Shown: positions 18,478 through 27,397 of the stretch, piece after piece | Position numbering within the stretch: position 1 is the first letter of the stretch | Layout of the letters: every line of letters starts with the position of its first letter | Virus record (IMG/VR): IMGVR_UViG_3300025016_000004 | Reading direction: 5' to 3' (one strand) | Origin: a virus | Lineage: Duplodnaviria; Caudoviricetes | Length of the DNA: 64,000 bases | The notes under the pieces: generated by a model | Database searches by the model: none | What the model was told of the DNA's origin: nothing | The model's input: the letters and a program-made list of their open reading frames with translations, nothing else | Program-made: the position numbers and the translations under genes

Positions 18478-19178
18478 TGAAAAAATATACAAACGAAGAT
18501 AATAAAAAAGATAGAGATAAATTCAGGTTATTATTTGAATATGATTTCTATGTAGAAGAAGAAGAGGTTTACGACCCTGAATTGGACAATGAAACTGGCG
18601 AAATTATTACCGAAGAGCCACCAGAAGGTGAAGCTCCAGAAGGTGGTGAAGATATGGGTGATGAAGAATTTCCTGAAGCTGGTAGTGAAGATATGGGTGA
18701 TGAAGAATTTCCTGAAGCTGGTAGTGAAGAATTACCAGAACCAGAAGCAATGGAAGATGAAGTTGAATTAGATGTAACTGAATTAGTACAAGGCACGGAA
18801 GAAGCAAAAGCGTCTTCTGATAGAGCTAGTCAACAAATTGATATATTAATGGGTAAATTTGAAACATTATCTCAATCATTAGAAAAAATGACAGCAATTA
18901 ATCAAAAAATTGATGATTTGGAACATGAAATTGAAAAAAGAAATCCAACACCACAAGAAAGATTAGAAATGCAATCATTAAATTCATTTCCATATAGCTT
19001 AAAATTAACAGATTATTGGTCAGAAAAAGAAGGTAATTATGACGCAATGGGTGGACAAAAAGAAGATGAAGAATATGTACTAACTCAAGATGAAGTAGAT
19101 AGAGATTATAATGCAATTGAAATTAAAGATTCGTTTGTAAATCCAAATGAAGATGAATTTATTAAAAAGAAATTTTAA
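18477..19178 (+). CDS. Highly acidic protein with internal repeat
   Basis: 233 aa; Glu/Asp/Pro-rich linker, coiled coil, conserved-looking SFPYSLKLTDYW. Confidence 0.75.
   Translation: MKKYTNEDNKKDRDKFRLLFEYDFYVEEEEVYDPELDNETGEIITEEPPEGEAPEGGEDMGDEEFPEAGSEDMGDEEFPEAGSEELPEPEAMEDEVELDVTELVQGTEEAKASSDRASQQIDILMGKFETLSQSLEKMTAINQKIDDLEHEIEKRNPTPQERLEMQSLNSFPYSLKLTDYWSEKEGNYDAMGGQKEDEEYVLTQDEVDRDYNAIEIKDSFVNPNEDEFIKKKF
18646..18730 (+). repeat. 39-bp in-frame tandem repeat (about 2.2 copies)
   Basis: GTGAAGATATGGGTGATGAAGAATTTCCTGAAGCTGGTA repeated; encodes EDMGDEEFPEAGS. Confidence 0.9.
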
Positions 19179-19206
19179 CCTATAAAACATTAAAAAAGAG
19201 ACTATT

Positions 19207-19240
19207 AAAGTGTGGTATGAAAATATCACACTTTTTTTTT
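19207..19240 (+). terminator. Intrinsic terminator
   Basis: 12-bp stem with GAAA loop followed by a T run. Confidence 0.8.
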
Positions 19241-19259
19241 GAAAAAACTTTAAAAAATA

Positions 19260-19293
19260 CTTGTAATAATTTCTTTTCTGTAGTATAATTGCA
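19260..19293 (+). promoter_or_regulatory. Host-type early promoter of the replication operon
   Basis: TTGTAA-17-TATAAT; also cTTG-N20-TAtaATTGCA, a near Bacteroidota -7 match. Confidence 0.65.
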
Positions 19294-19422
19294 TCACGTT
19301 ACTTAAATTCAGTTTAATTAACTAAAGATTGCCGCTGATGAATTATAACTGGTGGTAATACAAATAAAGACCCCGATATTAAAAAACGAAGTCGGGCCAT
19401 TAAAAACAATTAATAAATTATT

Positions 19423-20355
19423 ATGGAAACACAAAAAAACTCAGTGTTAGACGCAATGCTTTCTCAGTATGAAAAAGCTACATCATTCTCAAGTGAAAAT
19501 TCATTTGATATTAAAAACTATTTTACAACTTTCTTACCTGATGGTATTGATAGTAAAATGAAACACATCAGAATTTTACCTGTAAACGGTTCTCCTTTTC
19601 AAGAAGTTCACGTTCATAGTGCAAAAGTTGATGGTAAAAATCGTAAATTTACATGTATCGCTAAATTAGAAGACGTACCATGTCCTTTCTGCGAAGCAAG
19701 AGAGAGACTTATGGCTACTGGCGAAAAAAGTGACGATGAATTAGCGAAAAGCTATAAATCTAGGTTAATGTATGTTGTTAAAGTAATTGATAGAGAAAAT
19801 GAGGCTGACGGCCCAAAATTCTGGAGATTCCCAATCAACTATAAGAAAGAAGGTATCATGGACAAAATCATGGCATCTGTTCAAATGGTTGGTGAAGATA
19901 TCACTGATGCAGAAACTGGAAGAGATTTAGTTCTTAACGTTGTAAGAGTTAAAAACCCAAGAGGTGGAACATATCCAGCAGTAAATTCAGTACAAGCAAT
20001 GGACAGAAAACCATTAAGTTCTGATGCTAAATTATCTAAAAAATGGGTTGAAGACAAAAAAACATGGCAAGATGTTTATTCAGTGAAAGATTATGATTAT
20101 TTAAAATTAATCGTGATGGGAGAAGTTCCAGCTTGGAGTAAAAAACTTGAAAAGTTTGTTGCTAAATCAAGCTTATCTCCTGAAGACGAACAAGATACCG
20201 CTGAAGACTTAGATTCTAAAGTGAGTATGGGTGCAAATGCACAAAAAAAATCTGAAACTCCAATTGAAACTGAAGTTCCAGTTGCCTCTAAAGAGACAAC
20301 ATATGTGGCTGATGTTGATATTGATGAAGAAGAAGATGATGATTTACCATTTTAA
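19423..20355 (+). CDS. ssb: Single-stranded DNA-binding protein (T4 gp32-like)
   Basis: IRILP, CIAK...CPFCE Zn ligands, GPKFW, GRDL motifs; acidic tail ending DDDLPF. Confidence 0.8.
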   Translation: METQKNSVLDAMLSQYEKATSFSSENSFDIKNYFTTFLPDGIDSKMKHIRILPVNGSPFQEVHVHSAKVDGKNRKFTCIAKLEDVPCPFCEARERLMATGEKSDDELAKSYKSRLMYVVKVIDRENEADGPKFWRFPINYKKEGIMDKIMASVQMVGEDITDAETGRDLVLNVVRVKNPRGGTYPAVNSVQAMDRKPLSSDAKLSKKWVEDKKTWQDVYSVKDYDYLKLIVMGEVPAWSKKLEKFVAKSSLSPEDEQDTAEDLDSKVSMGANAQKKSETPIETEVPVASKETTYVADVDIDEEEDDDLPF

Positions 20356-20381
20356 TTAACGGTAAATTAAATAAGAAGTGA

Positions 20382-20412
20382 AAGGGGGTGAGGTTACCTA
20401 CCCCCTTATTTT
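20382..20412 (+). terminator. Hairpin / probable terminator
   Basis: AAGGGGGT/ACCCCCTT 8-bp stem followed by ATTTT. Confidence 0.55.
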
Positions 20413-20470
20413 AGCTCTAATAATAACGAAATAGGGTTAAAATTAAATAAACTCAGGGGGCTCAATAATT

Positions 20471-21568
20471 ATGGCTAAAAAACCATCAAAAACGACTGTA
20501 GCAAAGACCGAATACAGTTTAGAAGATTTTAAAAAATCACAAGGCATTCAAAAAACAATAAAAGATAAAGATTTAACTTGGGTTCCATTATCAAAAGCAT
20601 GGCATGATGCGATTAAATTACCAGGATTTGCTAGAGGTTTTGTAAACTCAGTAAGAGGTTACTCAAACACTGGTAAATCAACTGCGTTTTATGAGGCAAT
20701 TGCTGGGGCGCAAAGAATAGGTGACTTACCAGTTATATTTGAAACTGAAGGTAACTTTAATTGGACTCACGCTAGGTTATGCGGAATGCAATTTGAGGAA
20801 GTAGTGGATGAAGAAACGGGTGAAATCACTTATGGTGGTAATTTCCTGTTTATGGGTAATAAAGATTTACTTGATAGGTATCAAAATTATGACCACCAAC
20901 ACAGTAAAGAAGGTAAAACACCATTAAGATATGAACCAGTTTTGGAAGATATCGCTTTATATATGACAGAATTATTAGATTTACAAGCTGAAGGAAAATT
21001 AAATGAAAACCTATGTTTCTTATGGGATTCCATCGGAACTTTAAATGGTTTTAAATCTGCAATATCTAAAACAACTAACAATATGTGGAATGCTGGTTCA
21101 ATGAAAGTATTTCAAGCAATTGTTAATTTTAGAATACCAACTTCTAGAAGAGAAGATAGTGAATTTACAAATACATTTATTTGTGTACAAAAAATTTGGT
21201 ATGATAGTATGAATATGAAGATTAAACACAGTTGTGGTGAATTTATGTTCTTTAACTCTAGATTAATAGTTCATATGGGTGGCATTATTTCACATGGCAC
21301 ATCTAAACTTAAAGCAACTGCTTTAGGAAATGAATTTCAATATGGAACTGAAGTAAAAATTTCTTGTGAAAAGAATCATATTAATGGTATTGAAAAGAAA
21401 GGTAGTATTGCTTCAACACCGCATGGTTTCTGGAACCCAGATGAATTAGACGCTTATAAGAAAGAAAAAAGAGATTTCATACATGAAAATCTAAATGTGT
21501 CTTATGATGTTGAAATAGCATATACGACTGAAGAGGGTGAAAAATCTGTTGAAGATTTAGGAGCTTAA
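20471..21568 (+). CDS. recA: RecA/UvsX-like recombinase
   Basis: Walker A GYSNTGKST, Walker B FLWDSIG, 365 aa. Confidence 0.8.
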   Translation: MAKKPSKTTVAKTEYSLEDFKKSQGIQKTIKDKDLTWVPLSKAWHDAIKLPGFARGFVNSVRGYSNTGKSTAFYEAIAGAQRIGDLPVIFETEGNFNWTHARLCGMQFEEVVDEETGEITYGGNFLFMGNKDLLDRYQNYDHQHSKEGKTPLRYEPVLEDIALYMTELLDLQAEGKLNENLCFLWDSIGTLNGFKSAISKTTNNMWNAGSMKVFQAIVNFRIPTSRREDSEFTNTFICVQKIWYDSMNMKIKHSCGEFMFFNSRLIVHMGGIISHGTSKLKATALGNEFQYGTEVKISCEKNHINGIEKKGSIASTPHGFWNPDELDAYKKEKRDFIHENLNVSYDVEIAYTTEEGEKSVEDLGA

Positions 21569-21590
21569 TATTAACGTTAAAAAAAGGATT

Positions 21591-22664
21591 ATGGCTAATA
21601 AGCCGAGAAAATTTAATACTCTTAGTAGTAATACTAAGAATATTTTACTTGTTGATGGAAACGCCCTATTTAAGTTGGGATTTTTTGGGGCGAAAGATAT
21701 GTTTACTAGGGATGGTAAACACATAGGTGGACTCTATGCGTTTATTACCATCCTTAGAAAACTTCTTGAAGAAAAACTGTATCATAGGGTCTTTGTATTT
21801 TGGGATGGTAAATTTAGTGGTAAGATGAGATGGCAATTATACTCAGATTACAAAGTAGACCGAAATAAAGATTACATCAATGGTACGCACCCAGTTGACA
21901 TACAAGAGGTAACTGAAAAATTTTTAATAAGACAATATCTAGAAGAATTATGTATTAGACAAATGATTGATAATACTAATGCTGGTGTTGAAGCTGATGA
22001 TTTCATAGCTTATTATTGTAAAATTAAAAGTGCTGATGAAAAAATTACTATTTGTACAACGGATAGAGATTTGTGTCAATTAATTAATGAAGATGTTAGG
22101 ATATATTTGTGTGATAAGAAAGCGTATATCGATACCAAAAATTATCGAGAGCATTTCAAACATCACCATAAAAATAGTAAACTGATAAAAATTATTGGTG
22201 GTGATAATAGTGATTGTATTAAGGGAATTAGCGGTGTTAAAGAAACTACATTACTAAAATACTTCCCTCAATTAGCTGAAAGAGAAATATCATTACAAGA
22301 AATAATTACTTTAGCTAAGGAATATCAAGAGGAAAGGATTAAAGAAAAGAAAAAACCAATAAAAGCATTGACAAATATTATTGAATCTAACACTGATGGT
22401 GTACAGGGTAAGGATATTTACAAAATCAATGAAGTGATTATTGATTTAAGTAATCCTTTAATTGATAAAGTAAATCAACAGTTATTGAAATATAACAAAG
22501 GGTCTATGGGTGATTTTGAAGAACGTGGAATTAAAAACGTTTACACATATATGAAACGTGATGGTGTTGCAAAACAAATTGAATCATTCAGTACCAACTA
22601 TCTTTTACCTTTTAAACAACTGATAGAAAGAGAGAAAAAAGAAGCGAATTTAATAAATAATTAA
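21591..22664 (+). CDS. 5'-3' exonuclease / flap endonuclease (T4 RNase H, Pol I N-terminal-like)
   Basis: LLVDGN, VFWDG, EADDFIA, TTDRDLCQL, GDNSDCIKGISGV motifs. Confidence 0.9.
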   Translation: MANKPRKFNTLSSNTKNILLVDGNALFKLGFFGAKDMFTRDGKHIGGLYAFITILRKLLEEKLYHRVFVFWDGKFSGKMRWQLYSDYKVDRNKDYINGTHPVDIQEVTEKFLIRQYLEELCIRQMIDNTNAGVEADDFIAYYCKIKSADEKITICTTDRDLCQLINEDVRIYLCDKKAYIDTKNYREHFKHHHKNSKLIKIIGGDNSDCIKGISGVKETTLLKYFPQLAEREISLQEIITLAKEYQEERIKEKKKPIKALTNIIESNTDGVQGKDIYKINEVIIDLSNPLIDKVNQQLLKYNKGSMGDFEERGIKNVYTYMKRDGVAKQIESFSTNYLLPFKQLIEREKKEANLINN

Positions 22665-22666
22665 TT

Positions 22667-23227
22667 ATGGAAAAAAGGACAGGCATCGTAAAACCATTTG
22701 AGTTTTCATTAAAGATTAATGATAATATCATTTGTCAAAGATTTTTTAGTATCAAAAATTATAATAGTGATAGTAGAGAGTCTTTAGAGATTAAAGAAAT
22801 GATGGATGAAATCATGGGAGTAAATCAAAATTTAACATTAGGCCTTATACCTGAATTTTTCAAGTACCAATGTATTGATAATTCATATAAACCTTACAAT
22901 TTACAAAACAACAATTTGTTTAACAAAGATGATTATTTTACATTAGAAGTGTCCAAAAATAATGTGAATAAATTGAAAAATAAAAACGGTCAGTTTGATA
23001 TTACGGATTTAAAAAAAGACGTTATAGCTTCAGGAACGTTTGATGGTAATTTATTCCACCCAAATGTGAGGTATGAGATTGATATTAGAGGTATTATCCC
23101 AGAGATTATTAATATAATCTCAAAGTATTTGAGCCTGAAGGAATATACACATCATTTTGGTAGTGTTAAATTAACTAGGCTTAATAGACTAAGTGCTTAT
23201 GATTTAGAGAGAATAAAACAAGATTAA
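22667..23227 (+). CDS. Hypothetical protein
   Basis: 186-aa ORF tightly packed between exonuclease and helicase. Confidence 0.75.
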   Translation: MEKRTGIVKPFEFSLKINDNIICQRFFSIKNYNSDSRESLEIKEMMDEIMGVNQNLTLGLIPEFFKYQCIDNSYKPYNLQNNNLFNKDDYFTLEVSKNNVNKLKNKNGQFDITDLKKDVIASGTFDGNLFHPNVRYEIDIRGIIPEIINIISKYLSLKEYTHHFGSVKLTRLNRLSAYDLERIKQD

Positions 23228-23228
23228 T

Positions 23229-25679
23229 ATGAGTGACATCAACAAGCAAGATGGTTTTGGATTTTTAGGAATTCCTTACCAAAGAAGACTTATAACCCAA
23301 TTAATCACAGACCATAAATTTGCTACAAATATAATGGGGATAGTAGACCCAAACTACTTCACAGATTTATATTTGAGAATTATAGCATCTGAAATAAAAA
23401 ATGCGTTTGAGACTGATGAAGTTATACCAGATATTGAAAGCTTAGAATTTAGGTTAAATGGTAGAAAAGATAATGAAACTACTAAACTATATATCAAAGC
23501 ATCAATAGCTGAAATTAAAGATGGTAACCTGAACGATTCAGAATATGTTCAGGATATGGCCATGAAATTTTGTAAACAACAAGAATTAAAGAAATCAGTT
23601 CATGAAATTCAAGAAATAATAGATAAAGGTGATTTAGATTCATATGATGAATGTGAAGAAATATTAAAAAGAGCGTTAGAAGTCGGAAGTGATAAAGATT
23701 CTGGAATTGATGTTTTTTTTAATATTGAGGCAGTTCTAGAGGATGATTTTAGAAAACCAATACCTACAGGTATTGCTGGTTTAGATGATAAAATGGGTGG
23801 TGGTTTATCAAAAGGTGAATTGGGTGTTATATTAGCACCGTTTGGTGTTGGTAAAGCACAACCATTACATTCTAAAATATTAACACCTAATGGTTGGACT
23901 ACTATGGGTGAGATACAAGTTGGTGATGAAGTTATAAGTAGGGATGGTAAAGCGACTAAAGTCACTGGAGTGTTTCCACAAGGCGTTAGACCAATTTATG
24001 AGGTTAGATTTAATGATAATACTAAAACTTTATGTGATGCTGAACATTTATGGTCAGTTAATACAATCAATCAACGAAATAGAAAAACTAAAAAAAATGG
24101 TGTGATGGTTAAATTAGAACCTGATAATTCATTTAAAACTTTAAAAACTATTGATATGGTTGATAAAGTTAGGGTTTGGGGTAATAAGCGTTTAAATTAT
24201 AAAATACCAAATATCTTACCCGTAAATTTTAATAAAAATGAATTAATTATTAACCCATATTTATTAGGTGTTATATTAGGTGATGGATGTATAACTGAAC
24301 ATAATCAACCCCATATTACAACTAAAGATGTTGAATTAATAGATGAAATTGAAAAATATCATAATAATATTAATATTACTGAGCAAACACGAATGTTTGA
24401 AGTTTACAAAAATGGGAAATTTGAAAATGTAGAAAGAACCTTAACAAAAATTTCTTTATTAGGTATTAAAGATGATTTAAGTAGTTTAAAATTATATGGT
24501 TGTAATTCAGAAACTAAATTTATCCCACATAACTATCTATATTCTTCAGTTGAAGATAGAGTTTCGTTATTACAAGGATTAGTAGATACTGATGGTTATA
24601 TTGGTAACAATAGAATTGAGATTTGTACCGTATCAAAAATGATGTCGGAACAAATCAAAGAATTAGTATTGTCATTAGGTGGTACTTGTAATATAGGTGT
24701 AAAAATTGGTAGTTATTTGAAAGAGGGGGTTAAAATTAGATGTAAAAAAGCATATCGAGTTTATTTTAGTTTACCAACACAAATAAAATTTAATCCATGT
24801 AGACTTGAAAGGAAGTTGAATAATTTAAGTAAAAGGTCTAAATATGCTAATAATAAATTTATTACTAGTATTGAATATTCACATGAGGAAGAAGCTCAAT
24901 GTATTATGGTTGATAATCCAGAACATTTATATATAACTGATGATTATATAGTAACACATAACACAACCATGGTCACCAAAATAGCCAACGAAGCTTTTAA
25001 TCATGGATATAATGTTCTTCAAATATTTTTTGAAGATATTCCTAAAGTGATTCAAAGAAAACATTTATCATGTTGGACTGGGATAGCTCAAAACGATTTA
25101 CCATTAAAAGCAAACAGACCCATCATTGATGAAGTCATGAAAGAAAAAAATGATGGTAAAGGGTATTTAGAATTGAAAAAATTTCCTAGTGATGGAACAA
25201 CAATTCCTATGATTAAAAATTATATTAGAAAACTAGCAGCCGCTGGTAGAAAACCTGATGTAATTTTAATTGATTACATTGATTGTGTATCATCAACCAA
25301 ACATTACGATAAGGGATATGAGGCTGAAGGGCCAATTATGAGACAATTCGAATCATTATTGAGCGAATTTGATTTGGTTGGATGGACTGCAATTCAAGGT
25401 AATCGATGTGTTTCATTAGATACTATTATTGAAGATTCTAAACGTGGTAAAATTGAAATTAGAGATGTTAAGTTAGGGGATGAAATTTTAACTCATAAGG
25501 GTTACAAAAAAGTTACCCATATATTTCCTATTGCTAAGCAACCAGTTTATAAAATAAAATTAAAATCTGGTAAAACCATTAAAGTATCTAAAAAACATAA
25601 GTTCCCAACAAAAGATGGTGAAATGTTATCAATTGAAGATGGTTTAAAAGTTGGAAACATACTTTTAGGTAAAAAATAA
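23229..25679 (+). CDS. dnaB: Replicative helicase DnaB/gp41-like, N-terminal fragment (contiguous intein plus split-intein N half)
   Basis: Walker A APFGVGK|TT interrupted by an intein; Walker B ILIDYID; ends in a 90-aa IntN after TAIQGNR. Confidence 0.9.
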   Translation: MSDINKQDGFGFLGIPYQRRLITQLITDHKFATNIMGIVDPNYFTDLYLRIIASEIKNAFETDEVIPDIESLEFRLNGRKDNETTKLYIKASIAEIKDGNLNDSEYVQDMAMKFCKQQELKKSVHEIQEIIDKGDLDSYDECEEILKRALEVGSDKDSGIDVFFNIEAVLEDDFRKPIPTGIAGLDDKMGGGLSKGELGVILAPFGVGKAQPLHSKILTPNGWTTMGEIQVGDEVISRDGKATKVTGVFPQGVRPIYEVRFNDNTKTLCDAEHLWSVNTINQRNRKTKKNGVMVKLEPDNSFKTLKTIDMVDKVRVWGNKRLNYKIPNILPVNFNKNELIINPYLLGVILGDGCITEHNQPHITTKDVELIDEIEKYHNNINITEQTRMFEVYKNGKFENVERTLTKISLLGIKDDLSSLKLYGCNSETKFIPHNYLYSSVEDRVSLLQGLVDTDGYIGNNRIEICTVSKMMSEQIKELVLSLGGTCNIGVKIGSYLKEGVKIRCKKAYRVYFSLPTQIKFNPCRLERKLNNLSKRSKYANNKFITSIEYSHEEEAQCIMVDNPEHLYITDDYIVTHNTTMVTKIANEAFNHGYNVLQIFFEDIPKVIQRKHLSCWTGIAQNDLPLKANRPIIDEVMKEKNDGKGYLELKKFPSDGTTIPMIKNYIRKLAAAGRKPDVILIDYIDCVSSTKHYDKGYEAEGPIMRQFESLLSEFDLVGWTAIQGNRCVSLDTIIEDSKRGKIEIRDVKLGDEILTHKGYKKVTHIFPIAKQPVYKIKLKSGKTIKVSKKHKFPTKDGEMLSIEDGLKVGNILLGKK
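23856..24962 (+). mobile_element. Class 3 intein (369 aa) with LAGLIDADG endonuclease in the DnaB P-loop
   Basis: Starts AQPL (Ala1); block B CDAEHLW, block F AQCIMV, block G VTHN|T give the Trp-Cys-Thr triplet; LLGVILGDG and LQGLVDTDG motifs. Confidence 0.88.
25407..25676 (+). mobile_element. Split intein N half (DnaB), 90 aa
   Basis: Block A CVSLDT, block B VSKKHKFPT, ends GLKVGNILLGKK then stop. Confidence 0.88.
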
Positions 25680-25725
25680 TAATAATCTTTTTTGTATTGC
25701 ACTTAAACTTTTACATTATCGGTGA

Positions 25726-25732
25726 TATTTAT
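25726..25732 (+). promoter_or_regulatory. TATTTAT putative late-promoter motif
   Basis: 14 nt upstream of the endonuclease ATG 25747. Confidence 0.5.
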
Positions 25733-25746
25733 ATTAAAATATTATC

Positions 25747-26889
25747 ATGATTAAAATTGACGTAGAAAATGTAATTAATAGAAAAACCATAAAACCCCTT
25801 TATCTAAAAGGGGTTTTAACTCAAAGACATAAAAATGAAATAAATAATATTTGTGATGTATATAATAGTGTTACTATAAAAAATAGAATTAAAAATATAC
25901 ACGATTTTATAAAATATGATGTTGACGGTACAATCCCTTGGGTTAAAAGGTTGGAAATTATACAGAAAGAATTGAATAATGATATTGCTAGTAAGTATGC
26001 CTTAGAAATAAGATATGGTAAGTGTAATGTAGATAAAAAGAGGTTTGAATTGGGGGTTAAGTTTTCTCATACTTTGGAAAAGTATATTGAAAAATATGGT
26101 AAAATAATCGGTAATGAAAAGTATGATGAATATTTAAGAAAATCTAAAACACCTTGGGGTTTAAAAGGTTGTGTGGATAGATATGGTGAAATAGAAGGTA
26201 AAAAAAAATGGGTGGAAAGGTTAAATAAAAAAATAAACACTCAAAATGAAAGAAAAAAAATAAAACCATATAGGAATGGTAGGACATTGAATGAATATCA
26301 AAATAAATATGGTGTAAAACTTGGTTACTTTAAGTGGAAAAAAAGAAATGAAAAGCAGAGTTATAGATTCTCAAAAAAATATTATATAAATACTTATGGT
26401 AGTGAAAAAGGTAATATTAAATGGGTTGAGTATAAAAAAAGTATGGATAAAACTTCCTTAAAAAGTTTTATCAATAGGTATGGAGAAAAAGATGGGATTA
26501 ATAAATATGAATCTTATTTAAGTAAAATTAATGATAGTGGTGTTTTTTATAGTAAAAGTTCACAAAAGTTATTTTGGTTAATTTATAATCAATTAAGTGA
26601 CGATAAGAAAAAACTTTGTCGTTTTGCAAAATTAAATGGTGAAGAATATTTCATAGTAAATAAATTTGGTTTTAACAATATTTTAGTAGATTTTAAATGT
26701 GAGAATAAAATAATCGAATTTGATGGAGATTATTGGCATTTAAATAAAAAACAAATTGAAATTGATAAATTGAGGGATGAGTTTTTAACTTCTAAGGGTT
26801 ATCAGATTTTAAGGGTTAGAGATAGTGAATTTGAGGTTAATAAAGAAAAAGTAATTAAAGAATGTATAAAATTTATAAAAAATGAATAA
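25747..26889 (+). CDS. Free-standing Vsr/DUF559-like homing endonuclease between the DnaB split-intein halves
   Basis: [KR]YGxxxG repeats plus C-terminal VDFKCENKIIEFDGDYWH...DKLRDEFL...GYQILRV. Confidence 0.8.
   Translation: MIKIDVENVINRKTIKPLYLKGVLTQRHKNEINNICDVYNSVTIKNRIKNIHDFIKYDVDGTIPWVKRLEIIQKELNNDIASKYALEIRYGKCNVDKKRFELGVKFSHTLEKYIEKYGKIIGNEKYDEYLRKSKTPWGLKGCVDRYGEIEGKKKWVERLNKKINTQNERKKIKPYRNGRTLNEYQNKYGVKLGYFKWKKRNEKQSYRFSKKYYINTYGSEKGNIKWVEYKKSMDKTSLKSFINRYGEKDGINKYESYLSKINDSGVFYSKSSQKLFWLIYNQLSDDKKKLCRFAKLNGEEYFIVNKFGFNNILVDFKCENKIIEFDGDYWHLNKKQIEIDKLRDEFLTSKGYQILRVRDSEFEVNKEKVIKECIKFIKNE
25790..25818. promoter_or_regulatory. Perfect 12-bp hairpin inside the 5' end of the endonuclease ORF
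   Basis: TAAAACCCCTTT-ATCTA-AAAGGGGTTTTA. Confidence 0.5.
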
Positions 26890-27025
26890 AAATGAAATTA
26901 TGAATCTAGAGGGGTTTACTTTAGATGAAATAGAGAGTATTGACTTAATAGGTGAAGAAGATACCATAGATATAACTGTGGATGATACCCATATGTTTTT
27001 CGCTAATGATATATATACACATAAT
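26882..27025 (+). mobile_element. Split intein C half (DnaB), 48 aa
   Basis: Block F EDTIDITV, block G FFANDIYTHN, +1 Ser. Confidence 0.88.
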
Positions 27026-27397
27026 TCATCGATTAATGCTGAAAATGTTGATTCAAGTATGATTGGTGGGTCAATCAAAAAAGGTCAAATTGGGCATTTT
27101 ATTGTTTCAATAGCTAAAGATTTAGACCAAAAAGAGGGTGGTAGAGCTAATATGGCGATATTAAAATCTAGGTTTGGTGTAGATGGAATTATTTTTACTG
27201 ATGTAGTATTTGATAACTCCAAAATACAAATAACTATTGATGAAGGTAAAGTATTAAAAGCTTCAGAAATGGATGACTATAAGAATGAACAAGTTAAAGG
27301 AAGAATGAAAGATTTGTTCGAACAATATGAAAAAACTAAAGAAGTTTTAATCACTTCTGAAGTTGATAAAAAAGAAAAAACAGAGGATGTTAACTAA
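26882..27397 (+). CDS. dnaB: DnaB C-terminal fragment with split-intein C half
   Basis: 48-aa IntC ending IYTHN|S, then helicase SSINAE...GGSIKKGQIG...ILKSRFG. Confidence 0.9.
   Translation: MNKNEIMNLEGFTLDEIESIDLIGEEDTIDITVDDTHMFFANDIYTHNSSINAENVDSSMIGGSIKKGQIGHFIVSIAKDLDQKEGGRANMAILKSRFGVDGIIFTDVVFDNSKIQITIDEGKVLKASEMDDYKNEQVKGRMKDLFEQYEKTKEVLITSEVDKKEKTEDVN

Noticed and set aside
18646-18730. Possible CRISPR array
   Set aside because: The repeats are adjacent with no spacers, are in frame and encode protein; no cas genes seen.
19335-19365. Hammerhead ribozyme (CTGATGA core)
   Set aside because: The required GAAA after stem II is absent (ACAAA) and stems I/III cannot be formed.
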